The translations under genes and the position numbers were made by a program. Of a DNA stretch of 64,000 nt, positions 28,908 through 38,572 are shown in pieces (position 1 is the first letter of the stretch; each line of letters opens with the position of its first letter). The notes beneath the pieces were generated by a model that saw only the letters and a program-made list of their open reading frames with translations, had not been told where the DNA came from and made no database searches. The stretch comes from Candidatus Woesebacteria bacterium (GTDB lineage Bacteria; Patescibacteriota; Microgenomatia; UBA8517), in contig CP065002.1 in assembly GCA_016700095.1 (NCBI GenBank), forward strand, positions 496,463-560,462. The letters are read 5' to 3'.

Positions 28908-29995
28908 AAGTATTGCAAGTATTCTCTTTCTTCTTTTTTCTTGCTGTGTTTATTTTCTCCCCAGGCATAAAAGCACAAGGATATCCTGGTGAGGAGATTT
29001 ACGAGGGGAGAATTATAAATGTTGAAAACGAGACAAAAACTGATCCTTTGGGTGAAGATTATCTTTATCAACAGCTTATCGTAGATATAACCCGAGGAGT
29101 AAAAAAGGGACAGAGTTTAGAAATTGTTAACGACACCATATCGATTGAAGCCGCTAGGCAATACTTCAAAGGAGATGAAATTGTTATTATGCATACTGTA
29201 ACCGTCGACAATGAAGATCTTTATTATATAACTGATTATGTAAGGCGAGGTGGGTTAAAAACGATCTTCGCGGTGTTTGTATTTATGACAATATTAGTGG
29301 GTGGGATATGGGGAGCTTCTTCTATCGTCGGAATGGTATTTTCTTTTTTAATTATTTTCAAATTTGTACTACCTTTTATAATTTCAGGCCATAACGCGAT
29401 AGTTGTCTCAGTAATTGGTTCAAGTATGATAATACCGGTTACGTTTAGCTTGTCGCATGGATTCAAAACAAAAACCTGGATTGCCTCAATTGGAACTATA
29501 ATATCCTTGGTATTTACAGGAATATTAGCCTTAGTAGCGGTAAAAATTACCCACTTGTCAGGATTCGGATCAGAAGAGGCTTCTTTTGTGAGTTATCAAT
29601 TGGGTGATAAAATTAATATGCAAGGTTTGCTTCTTGCAGGAATAATTATCTCTTCACTGGGAGTTTTGGATGATATTACAATCTCGCAAGCAAGCATCGT
29701 GGCAGAATTAAAATCAACCAACAAAAAATTAAAGTTCGCGGAATTATTTACGCGTGCCATGAATGTCGGTCGCGATCATATTGCTTCACTTGTAAATACT
29801 CTGGTGCTTGTTTACGCGGGAGCATCGCTTCCATTACTAATCTTATTTGTAAATCACACATCAACATTTTCGGATGTAATTAATATTGAAATGATCGTGG
29901 AAGAAGTTGTGAGAACCTTGGTCGGAAGTATGGGGCTAATTCTAGCTGTACCTATCACAACCCTTATTGCTGCCTATAAGTATAGAAATAAGTAG
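28904..29995 (+). CDS. YibE/F-like multi-pass membrane protein
   Basis: Signal/anchor, about 110-aa extracytoplasmic domain, then about 8 TM helices; architecture and size resemble the YibE/F family; overlaps the znuB stop. Confidence 0.5.
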   Translation: MKVLQVFSFFFFLAVFIFSPGIKAQGYPGEEIYEGRIINVENETKTDPLGEDYLYQQLIVDITRGVKKGQSLEIVNDTISIEAARQYFKGDEIVIMHTVTVDNEDLYYITDYVRRGGLKTIFAVFVFMTILVGGIWGASSIVGMVFSFLIIFKFVLPFIISGHNAIVVSVIGSSMIIPVTFSLSHGFKTKTWIASIGTIISLVFTGILALVAVKITHLSGFGSEEASFVSYQLGDKINMQGLLLAGIIISSLGVLDDITISQASIVAELKSTNKKLKFAELFTRAMNVGRDHIASLVNTLVLVYAGASLPLLILFVNHTSTFSDVINIEMIVEEVVRTLVGSMGLILAVPITTLIAAYKYRNK

Positions 29996-30357
29996 AACGC
30001 TTCCACTTTGGTAATAATATTCAAATTCAGTTCTTTTAATACTTAAACCAATGGATCGCGACGGGCGGGAATTATTCAATTAATCTTCTCAGATTATTAA
30101 AGGATGAATATTCACGATATTGTTATTTCAAACTTCGCAAAAAATATAGATAATTACCCGTGGGTATATGAAGTATTGAGAATGCTTTTTAAGTAATGCC
30201 TTAATAACAAGCTTGTGGGTCGTGGTTACATATACCAACTTATCTTACCGTTTGGTAAATATATTGTCTTTGACAAAAGTTATTGGTAGAGGATGTCTCG
30301 GGTAACACTCGGGATATGATCACGAACATAAGGTAGTAGTGTTATATCTTCGACAAG

Positions 30358-33300
30358 TTATTTTCTAGGAAGACGTTTTCTTACAATAAATACAATTCCA
30401 CCGATTACGACAATAAAAAGTCCGAAGGCTGTAATTGGTCCAATGATACTAAATATTCCGGAAGAATAATCGAGAGCACTTACATTATCGTAACCGACTG
30501 GAGGCATCATTTGTGTGTCAGTTGCACTTTTATTCATTCCAAAGAAGTTAAGGTTTAAATCGGAACTAATACCGTCAGCCGGATCCGACAGCGTTACGCG
30601 TTGGGGTTGGGTCGTAGTTTGTTCTCTATATCTATCTGCTCGCATAGACTCTCTTTCCAGCTGTGAAATTTGTTGATCATTAACTAGCGCAATCAATGAT
30701 GAATAAGGTGTCACGATATTAGCGTTTGTAGCAATTAAATCAAGTTCGTCGAGAAATGCCGTATCTTGTATCAACGTGCTTCTATCGCGTATTTTCTCAT
30801 CAATAATAGCCTTGGCAAAAACGTAGGAAAGAGGATCGGATGCTTGAGTTTCTATTAATATCGGTAAATCGACATATACCTTGCTAAATTCACCGTGGAT
30901 ATTGGGAGCGACAATCGAATCGAAGGAAGAGTTGTGTGCTAATGCATATACCAAAGCTTGCTCGAAGCTCGTGTAAGAATAGGTATTGGATTTTAAAAGA
31001 GTAGGCAGGAGATTGTCAGAAACTTGCAAAAAGCCGGTGTCATTAATTAGTGAGACGTTGTCATAAAGCGATTTGGTCATTTTTGAAATATTGTCAAAAA
31101 CAAAAATTAAATCATAAGAACGTTTGATGCTAGCGGACAAATCGACGATAGAAGTGCTGCCAAAATATGTTATATTGTCCAGGATTTGATCACTATTTAA
31201 TTTAGTTAACGTTTGTGGTTTACTGATTACGTCGTTGTATTTGAAAAACTCGACAGAATTTGCAGAAAGAAATCCTTCATTGTCTTTGAAAAATCGACTC
31301 AACTTTTCTTCGTACTTGTATTGTTTGTTTGCAATGGTGGTATTAAAAAAGATGGCAATTTTGAGGTCCTTTGCGTTGGCTATCAAGTTACATGGATTTT
31401 GAAAACCATAGTTCGTTATTTTTGTCAGATGATCAGTTTGCGAGTTTAAGGTGTAATTACATTTTTCCGGTGAAGGTATATATCCACCCTTGGTTACATT
31501 ATCTTGTGACAAATTACTGTATATTCCATTAACTTTTAGCGAGTAGATGACACCAGTGTCTTTAATATTAATGTTTTCTTTGTATGAGGGAAGAGCGAAT
31601 CCGTTTTTCTCGACTGCGGTTACGTATGTAAACGCGACTCGTTGATTTTTTCCCTTAAGAGTTACCGTATCGTTTTTACCGGGGATGGGGAACACTCTTA
31701 ATCTGTAGGAATTTGGTCCGATTTGTTCGAGAAGTGCGGGATCGCGCTGTGTTTGTATTTGAGCATTAAAAGTACGAGTTGCAGCTCCTTGTGGAGCAAC
31801 CAGTCCTTTGAATTCCAAATCCGGTCCAAGTTGTAAGTTGGTTATCACAGATCCAGGGGGAAGTGAAAAATGATATGAGACCTCTTCGTTGCGTGAGGTT
31901 GTATTTTTGAATTCGTCCTCTATCGTGATAGTTGCCAATAGACCATCGTATGACGTTACGGTGTCAATATTTCTTTTTATCAAATCAACATTTTGAATGG
32001 CAAGTGTTGTTTCTTTGTCATCACCAAATACATAATTATAGGTATTAATTATTGTATATTTATTTTCAAAACTACCCTGGTAAACAAAAGGGTAGGCGAT
32101 AATTTCAAATACATCTTCTATTTTTGTGGCCGTGTCGCTGTCGAGGTCAAAAGAATCGATATATAACCGACTTATAGTGTCATCGTTTTTCGCCATGATA
32201 TACCTATCTTTGAAATTAGCCATATCATTGATGGCGTTTTCTAAGAGATTTTTCTTACTCGACAGCTCCAGAGTTAAGCTTTCTCGTTCCTCGTAAGTCG
32301 AGAGCTTGTGGATGTCAAGCAATTTATTGAAGTAGTTATCAGGACTGGGTTGGTATGACAAGATTGCTACAAGGATAATCCAGATCGCAGTGATTCCAAT
32401 TGATCTTGTGACAAGATAATTTTCTCCCTTATCGCGGGATGATTTTATCCATTGTAAATAAAATATTTTGAAAGACTTAATTGTTACCAAAAAAGGAATC
32501 GACAAGACCAGCAATACTGGAATAAAAATGATAATAAATTCCAAAACACGAACGAACATATCTGCAAAATCGAAAGATCGAGAAAACAAAATATCATAAA
32601 AAGCCTCCGCAAATAGAGGAGCGATAAAGAAACTAAGAATTAAACACAAATACGAAAGAGTAATAAAAAGACTTAACTTGATAAAAAGTGCCATAAATAA
32701 AGGGGTTTTGAATTTGTATTCATATCCGGTTATGTTTGCAAAAAACATCGGAACAGACGACATTATAATCACGAAAAGGAAAATCATAATTTTACTCGGT
32801 TCGGGAAAAAGAGTGAGAAATGTTGTACCCGCCAAAACTACGGGTATTTCCAATAGGAAAAATATACCTCCGTATTTATATTTAATATTTTGTTTTCTCA
32901 GGTGCAAAGAAAGATAAACAACAAAATAGGGGACAAGAAGTAATCCCAAAACAAGGATAACTTTAAAAGGGTTTGTTTCAGTGATTAAATTAATAAATTC
33001 GGATCGCTTGGAAAAAAGTGCTTGAACTAGTATCGCAGAAGTTAGGGCAATATAGAGAAGGTTATATCCCCAGAAAATAAAACCGGCCATAAAAGATGTG
33101 AATTTGTCATTATCGTTTTTGGTTTGGGGTGACTTATCCGTTTGTGGTGCATTTTTTGATATATTGTCGATAATTATTTCCCGTGCGGTTTTCTCGGCTA
33201 AATGTACAAATTCCTTGGGAGCGACTTCTTTCCCGTCGGCAACTACTTTTATGTCACCCGTAATAGCATTGATGACTACTTCGGCGTTTCTTTGGCTATC

Positions 33301-33420
33301 GGGATAAAGAGTGTAATAATTATCAAGCACTTTTGACCGGATTTTCTCCACAATGTCAGATTGGTTGGCGCCGCTTTCAATAGCAAGATCAAGAAGTTTA
33401 GAGTATTCACTCATTAACAT
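30358..33420 (-). CDS. large hypothetical polytopic surface protein (1020 aa)
   Basis: Cytoplasmic N-terminal about 100 aa, about 8 TM helices, an extracytoplasmic domain of about 600 aa, and a C-terminal TM helix followed by the basic tail VRKRLPRK. Confidence 0.6.
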   Translation of the reverse strand: MLMSEYSKLLDLAIESGANQSDIVEKIRSKVLDNYYTLYPDSQRNAEVVINAITGDIKVVADGKEVAPKEFVHLAEKTAREIIIDNISKNAPQTDKSPQTKNDNDKFTSFMAGFIFWGYNLLYIALTSAILVQALFSKRSEFINLITETNPFKVILVLGLLLVPYFVVYLSLHLRKQNIKYKYGGIFFLLEIPVVLAGTTFLTLFPEPSKIMIFLFVIIMSSVPMFFANITGYEYKFKTPLFMALFIKLSLFITLSYLCLILSFFIAPLFAEAFYDILFSRSFDFADMFVRVLEFIIIFIPVLLVLSIPFLVTIKSFKIFYLQWIKSSRDKGENYLVTRSIGITAIWIILVAILSYQPSPDNYFNKLLDIHKLSTYEERESLTLELSSKKNLLENAINDMANFKDRYIMAKNDDTISRLYIDSFDLDSDTATKIEDVFEIIAYPFVYQGSFENKYTIINTYNYVFGDDKETTLAIQNVDLIKRNIDTVTSYDGLLATITIEDEFKNTTSRNEEVSYHFSLPPGSVITNLQLGPDLEFKGLVAPQGAATRTFNAQIQTQRDPALLEQIGPNSYRLRVFPIPGKNDTVTLKGKNQRVAFTYVTAVEKNGFALPSYKENINIKDTGVIYSLKVNGIYSNLSQDNVTKGGYIPSPEKCNYTLNSQTDHLTKITNYGFQNPCNLIANAKDLKIAIFFNTTIANKQYKYEEKLSRFFKDNEGFLSANSVEFFKYNDVISKPQTLTKLNSDQILDNITYFGSTSIVDLSASIKRSYDLIFVFDNISKMTKSLYDNVSLINDTGFLQVSDNLLPTLLKSNTYSYTSFEQALVYALAHNSSFDSIVAPNIHGEFSKVYVDLPILIETQASDPLSYVFAKAIIDEKIRDRSTLIQDTAFLDELDLIATNANIVTPYSSLIALVNDQQISQLERESMRADRYREQTTTQPQRVTLSDPADGISSDLNLNFFGMNKSATDTQMMPPVGYDNVSALDYSSGIFSIIGPITAFGLFIVVIGGIVFIVRKRLPRK

Positions 33421-33562
33421 AAATCATAATCATTAATAATAATTACTGCAATATTGGATTATTGGGAGGGTCTAGGGATGATCTGCAAAATAACAAGGCG
33501 CACTTTTATTATTAAAAAAACTTTAATAAAAATAATCGGTTACTTTGTCGATTACCTTTGCT

Positions 33563-34753
33563 TCAGCGGTTATTTGTAAGTTTATCGTAATCGCCTGAGA
33601 TCTTCTTGGGTAGAAATTGAAGACCGATTAAAATTAACATTACAATTCCAAGATAAAAAGAAATAACTCTCGGTGAGAAAGCGTCAGTCATCGAGCCAAT
33701 TAGGTAAGCAGTTAATACATAAGGAATATTTTTAAGCATATTGAAGGTGGAGAGAGTTGTTGCACGATATTTTGACTGAGTGGTATTATTTATCGCGGTC
33801 GAGGTATGGTTTGCAAAAATACCGCCAAGTGAAGCTCGCAAAGTAAGTGTCAATCCACCCGTTATTAATCCCAGTAACGGTGAAACCAACAAAGTTAACG
33901 CGATCAGAAGTCCAAATATGATCGTAAAAAGATTTCCTCTTAATGTTTTTCTAAGAACAGGCGTTAACAAAGAGGCGAGTGCGGAAACAATAAAAATGGT
34001 AGATGTGAGATAGCTTAATTTAATTTCATCGAATCCAAAATCATATGCCAAAAAACTTTCAAGCATTTCACCGGAAATTACCATGAAAAAACCAATCGAT
34101 AATAACAATAAGGTTTGGTTTTTGACACGTCCTGTTTTGAATAATTCTTTTAAACCCTGACGACTTTGTTTAACAAAACTCGTAAATGAAAATTTCTCAG
34201 TATCAATATGTGGTTCTACGATGAAAAAGGAAACCGCGAAACCAAACAAGTAACCGAGGGTGTTTGCATAAAAAGGTAGAGTAGGATGAATCTTGTACAT
34301 ATAGCCACCAATAATTCCACAAAGTGCGGGAACGATCAAAGAAATTGTGTTGATGTGTGATATTTTTTTATCGTAGATATCTTCCTTACCTTCTTCTTTA
34401 AGTGAATCGTAAACTAATGCATCGATAGTTCCGGAGTAGAGGGCTCCTCCGATGCACATTATGCATACCGACACTAATAAAAATTGAAAATTAACTGCCA
34501 TTGCCATTATTAAAGATCCAACCGCTTCTAAAAAAAACGCCAATATTAATGCTCGTTTTTTTCCAAGTAAATCGGCGAGTGCCCCGGTGGGGATTTCCGA
34601 TAGGGTAAAGGAGAGAATCATTACAGTTTCGATAATTCCTACTCCTGCGTAATTTGTGAAATTTAAATAGTAGAAAATCCATATGCCTAGCCAAAACCAA
34701 GTTGTTTTGGAAAATGCGAGTAAGTAAGATAGTGGTATATTTCTTTTAATCAC
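33563..34753 (-). CDS. MFS transporter
   Basis: 12 predicted TM helices; 396 aa; MFS-like loop GKKRALI between TM2 and TM3. Confidence 0.75.
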   Translation of the reverse strand: MIKRNIPLSYLLAFSKTTWFWLGIWIFYYLNFTNYAGVGIIETVMILSFTLSEIPTGALADLLGKKRALILAFFLEAVGSLIMAMAVNFQFLLVSVCIMCIGGALYSGTIDALVYDSLKEEGKEDIYDKKISHINTISLIVPALCGIIGGYMYKIHPTLPFYANTLGYLFGFAVSFFIVEPHIDTEKFSFTSFVKQSRQGLKELFKTGRVKNQTLLLLSIGFFMVISGEMLESFLAYDFGFDEIKLSYLTSTIFIVSALASLLTPVLRKTLRGNLFTIIFGLLIALTLLVSPLLGLITGGLTLTLRASLGGIFANHTSTAINNTTQSKYRATTLSTFNMLKNIPYVLTAYLIGSMTDAFSPRVISFYLGIVMLILIGLQFLPKKISGDYDKLTNNR

Positions 34754-34871
34754 AATGATTATTGTAGCTTAAATACGTTGCTCATTCATTCCTTTATAAC
34801 CTAAGCAATTTGTATAGGTAAGTGACAGCAAGTTGAAAGTACGTACCCGGAAGGAGAATCAACTATTTTTA

Positions 34872-35057
34872 TTAAGCCCTTGGTGGCTTAAGTGGTATTT
34901 GATGCCTATGTAATTCTGAAGTCTGACTTCTTGGAGTACGGGGAATTGTTATATCACGATTACCGCAAAAAAATGGACAATCTTTGCAGTCAACTGTCTT
35001 AAATGAAGTATTAATGCACGGTTCTTGTGTTAATGGACAAACTTCCACTAGTGTCAT
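34872..35057 (-). CDS. possible small Cys-rich protein (6 Cys in 35 aa)
   Basis: CPLTQEPC...CKDCPFFC pattern in an otherwise long non-coding gap upstream of the arsR operon; may be non-coding. Confidence 0.25.
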   Translation of the reverse strand: MTLVEVCPLTQEPCINTSFKTVDCKDCPFFCGNRDITIPRTPRSQTSELHRHQIPLKPPRA

Positions 35058-35291
35058 ATAGGTGCATTTTTACACTATTCATAACATGTGTCAATAGATA
35101 TATTTTGTGTAAATTAACAGTTTTAGTTACTTAGCCCTACCTTGTTTTACTTTATTGTGATTACTTTCATCAGATATGACTTAGATGCTAATTTGATCTT
35201 GGTAATTTTGCTTGTGTTTTTGGTAATACATACTTTAACTTCTTGCTTACCATAATCATCTACTTGTAGTAACTAGATAAGTATTTATAAT

Positions 35292-35624
35292 ATGAACATG
35301 GGTTCATATAGTTGTTGTATACCTTCTGGTTCGGAATCAAAAAAACTACACTCGTTATCTTCCGTTTTAAAACTGGTTTCTGAGGAAAGTAGGTTAAAAA
35401 TATTGTGCATTCTTCGTCAAGGTGAACATTGTGTCTGTGAATTGATGGAACATATTGATTTGTCACAGAGTCTTATTTCTCATCACTTATCTGACCTAAA
35501 AGGTGCAGAAATCGTAGTTGACGACAAGAGGGGTTTGCGTGTGTATTATTCTTTGACCGACAAAGGTAAACTCGTTACCGAATTACTTTTTAGTATTCCG
35601 ATAAAGGAGGTGTTAGATAAATGA
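35292..35624 (+). CDS. arsR: ArsR/SmtB-family metalloregulator
   Basis: HTH region and metal-site-like motif CVCEL (HCVCELMEH) characteristic of ArsR/SmtB. Confidence 0.85.
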   Translation: MNMGSYSCCIPSGSESKKLHSLSSVLKLVSEESRLKILCILRQGEHCVCELMEHIDLSQSLISHHLSDLKGAEIVVDDKRGLRVYYSLTDKGKLVTELLFSIPIKEVLDK

Positions 35625-35872
35625 AAATCCAAGTTCTAGGGTCGGGGTGTCCGACATGTAAAAAATTATTTGAAATTACAAAAAAGGCAGTTAGTGATAT
35701 GAAATTGTCAGGTGAAGTAGATTATTTAACAGGTAGTGAGGGAATCGGTAAGATAATTGAATTGGGGTCAATGACGAGTCCTGTTTTGTCAGTTGATGAC
35801 AAAATTGCGATGGTTGGTTTCACACCAGATATTGAAAAAATAAAATCAGCAATTCGTGAAGCTTCGAAATAA
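35621..35872 (+). CDS. thioredoxin-fold small protein (redox-active disulfide protein 2-like)
   Basis: 83 aa with CPTC active-site-like motif (KIQVLGSGCPTCKKL); typical partner of ArsR/permease operons. Confidence 0.75.
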   Translation: MKIQVLGSGCPTCKKLFEITKKAVSDMKLSGEVDYLTGSEGIGKIIELGSMTSPVLSVDDKIAMVGFTPDIEKIKSAIREASK

Positions 35873-35875
35873 TGT

Positions 35876-36859
35876 ATGGATATCTTTAAACCGATTCATG
35901 TTTTTGCTGATCTCATTACCTTAAACTGGTTAGGGTTGGAAAGTGAATCATATGTAGAAAGTGCGATTAACTTTTTTATTTACGACATCATAAAAATAGG
36001 ACTTCTTCTTGTTGTTATTAATTATGTAATGGCTATTACGCGCTACTATTTCCCGATGGAAAAAGTTCGGGACATATTAGTAAAAAGGCGTTGGTTTGGT
36101 TTAGACTATTTATTTGCAGCTGGCCTTGGGGTCATAACACCATTTTGCTCGTGTTCGTCAATTCCATTGTTTATCGGTTTTGTCGGTGCGGGAATTCCGT
36201 TGGGGGTTACTTTTGCCTTTTTAATCAGTTCTCCTTTAGTGAACGAATCATCTCTATACTTATTTCCCGCCATGTTTGGTATGAAAATTACTGTAATCTA
36301 TAACATTATTGGAATAACGATTGCGGTTTTTGGGGGAAAATTGATTAGTCGACTTCATGTTGAAAAATTCGTAAAACCGCAGTTAATGAAATTCAAATCT
36401 AAACCGCAGATCGAGGAGGAGCGCGGAGGAGTTAAACTGTCAACAAAAGAATTAATCAAATATTTTTGGGATGATGGATGGGCTATTACCAAAGAGGTTT
36501 TCCCATACGTAGTTTTAGGTGTGGGATTAGGAGCTTTGATTCATGGTTATTTTCCCACGAGCCTAATCGAAAACTATTTATCGAGTACATCTTGGTGGGC
36601 TGTGCCCTTGGCAACTTTGCTTGGGTCGCCTCTTTACGCAAATTCATTTGGAGTGATTCCCGTCGTGGAAGCCTTGATCGGCAAGGGTGCGCCACTTGGT
36701 ACTGCCTTGGCATTCATGACTGCCATAGTCACGATTTCGATTCCTCAAGTCATGATTCTTAAAAAAGTAATGCAATGGCAACTGTTGGGAATATTTTTTG
36801 GCATAACAACTCTGGGAATTATTGTCATGGGTTATCTGCTTAATTATTTGTTTGTATAG
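35876..36859 (+). CDS. DUF318/ArsP-like permease
   Basis: Multi-TM protein with the conserved TPFCSCSS(I/V)P motif (ITPFCSCSSIPLF) diagnostic of ArsP/two-CxxC permeases. Confidence 0.75.
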   Translation: MDIFKPIHVFADLITLNWLGLESESYVESAINFFIYDIIKIGLLLVVINYVMAITRYYFPMEKVRDILVKRRWFGLDYLFAAGLGVITPFCSCSSIPLFIGFVGAGIPLGVTFAFLISSPLVNESSLYLFPAMFGMKITVIYNIIGITIAVFGGKLISRLHVEKFVKPQLMKFKSKPQIEEERGGVKLSTKELIKYFWDDGWAITKEVFPYVVLGVGLGALIHGYFPTSLIENYLSSTSWWAVPLATLLGSPLYANSFGVIPVVEALIGKGAPLGTALAFMTAIVTISIPQVMILKKVMQWQLLGIFFGITTLGIIVMGYLLNYLFV

Positions 36860-37081
36860 ATAAACGATAAATTATGGATAACAACCCGATATAGTTTTGG
36901 TGGGTATCGAGTCCAAAGTTTTTTTACACTTTGTAATTATAAGTATAAAGCATCAGCCTGAATCAAAGTTTGATGAGTATAAGAAAAAGAAGTTATTAAG
37001 CTGTGTGGGTTTGAGATAATCAATAAAGTAGACCTGTCGGAATCTTTTGAAATTTGAAACAATAAGACCTATAATGCATAC

Positions 37082-37975
37082 ATGCATGAGCAGGATATTG
37101 TGTGGGAAAATACTCCTCAACTTCATCGACCAGGAAGAGATAAATACTTAAGTGCCAGAGTATGGGAACAATTACCGAAAATTTATGGAGATAAAGGTGT
37201 CTTTTTAGGTGAATTTTATACTTATATCCGATGGCTGGATGATATTGTAGATGATAAAAATGTTTCTCCCAATACGAGAATGATCATAATAAAACGCCAA
37301 TCGGAACTGATTAAAGGGGGAGATATTGGAAAGAAATTGATTCCTCTTGAAGAATATTACCAAAGGATACCTTTCGAAGTGTTAGATAAACCAGTGGTAC
37401 CTATAGTTAGATATCAATTCTATTTGCTGGTTGCTGCGATTGGCTCAGACGTGGAACACTTCGGATTGAAACCAAGAACCAGGCGTGATATTGCCCACTA
37501 CAATCGGCGTATTATGAATCCTTATGCTCAGGTTGTTTCATGTGCGTTAAATAATAGACCTCTAAAAAAGGACATTGGTTTCATGTCCCTTATGGATTCG
37601 TGGAATTACTTAGGTGGACTGTTGCATTTACCACGGGATATCGAAGAGGAGGGGAATGTCAAGGTTGGGTTTGACCAACCTGAAGTAGATAAAATAACTG
37701 CTGCACAAGGGTACGAAGAAAAGAGAAGAGAAATATTAACTATTTATGATTCCGACCGCTATAAAAGAGAATGGCAATTTACATTAAAAAAATTCATGGC
37801 GCTAACAACGTCCTTTTGGAAAACGGATATGCCTTTTTATCAAAAAATTATCAGTTTTACGTACTTGGCGACAAGGGAACCCGTAAGATTGCCGCATGAG
37901 TTTCGAAAGGCGAGTATGGAACTTCAACAATTGCGCGAGAAATACATAAAACAGGAAGAACACGAAACATTTTGA
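37082..37975 (+). CDS. hypothetical protein with Asp-rich DDIVDD motif
   Basis: 297-aa soluble ORF; YTYIRWLDDIVDD resembles a DDxxD isoprenoid-synthase metal-binding motif, but no second motif is recognised. Confidence 0.4.
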   Translation: MHEQDIVWENTPQLHRPGRDKYLSARVWEQLPKIYGDKGVFLGEFYTYIRWLDDIVDDKNVSPNTRMIIIKRQSELIKGGDIGKKLIPLEEYYQRIPFEVLDKPVVPIVRYQFYLLVAAIGSDVEHFGLKPRTRRDIAHYNRRIMNPYAQVVSCALNNRPLKKDIGFMSLMDSWNYLGGLLHLPRDIEEEGNVKVGFDQPEVDKITAAQGYEEKRREILTIYDSDRYKREWQFTLKKFMALTTSFWKTDMPFYQKIISFTYLATREPVRLPHEFRKASMELQQLREKYIKQEEHETF

Positions 37976-38008
37976 TGAAAAATACTACCTTTTTGGGTAC
38001 GTCAAAGT

Positions 38009-38560
38009 TTATATCGACAAGACAGGGAGTGCGGTTACAACCAAGCGTTTGGAATCCAGAAAACCACTACAGGTATAAAGTGTAATACGCTCATCATTTG
38101 TCGGATCCAGAATTCCCATTTGATCAGGGCTGACAATTTGTACATATTCTATTTTGTAGCTTCTGGTTGTACCGTCCGATAGTACAATCTTAATTAAGTC
38201 ACCTGGTTGTGCCTTTGCCAAATTACCCAGAATATTCTTGTAATTATGTCCATAAAAAACACTATTCCCGTTTTGACCTGGTGTTGCAGATGATACAAGA
38301 AATGACACACCTTCGGTTGTGGTTTCCCATCTACCTTCATTAACTCTGGCGGGAAAAACTGAAAGATTAATGTCCAAAGTGCTAAGAGAAAGTGATACCG
38401 GTTGTAAATCTAATTTATCTTCTTTATTGCTATATGTGTTTATGGCAACGTTACTGAAGGCTAGTCGGTTTGGGTTATATCTTTGCCATAAGTAAAATGC
38501 TGAAACAATCATCATACATATTCCGGTGACGATAAATACGTTGGCAAGCAGATTTTTCAT
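38009..38560 (-). CDS. sortase-family transpeptidase (membrane anchored)
   Basis: N-terminal TM anchor; catalytic triad context His (SVFYGHNYKN), Cys in DERITLYTCSGF (TLxTC), Arg (KRLVV). Confidence 0.8.
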   Translation of the reverse strand: MKNLLANVFIVTGICMMIVSAFYLWQRYNPNRLAFSNVAINTYSNKEDKLDLQPVSLSLSTLDINLSVFPARVNEGRWETTTEGVSFLVSSATPGQNGNSVFYGHNYKNILGNLAKAQPGDLIKIVLSDGTTRSYKIEYVQIVSPDQMGILDPTNDERITLYTCSGFLDSKRLVVTALPVLSI

Positions 38561-38572
38561 ATGTAGAACACT

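Noticed and set aside
29996-30357. The 360-nt convergent gap after the YibE/F-like gene, examined for a terminator or ncRNA
   Set aside because: Only direct (not inverted) cgggtaaca/ctcggga similarity was found, with no stable hairpin followed by a T-run.
30358-33420. Possible vWA/MIDAS domain in the 1020-aa surface protein (DLIFVFDNISKM)
   Set aside because: The DxSxS spacing is not satisfied, so the vWA assignment is not supported from sequence alone.
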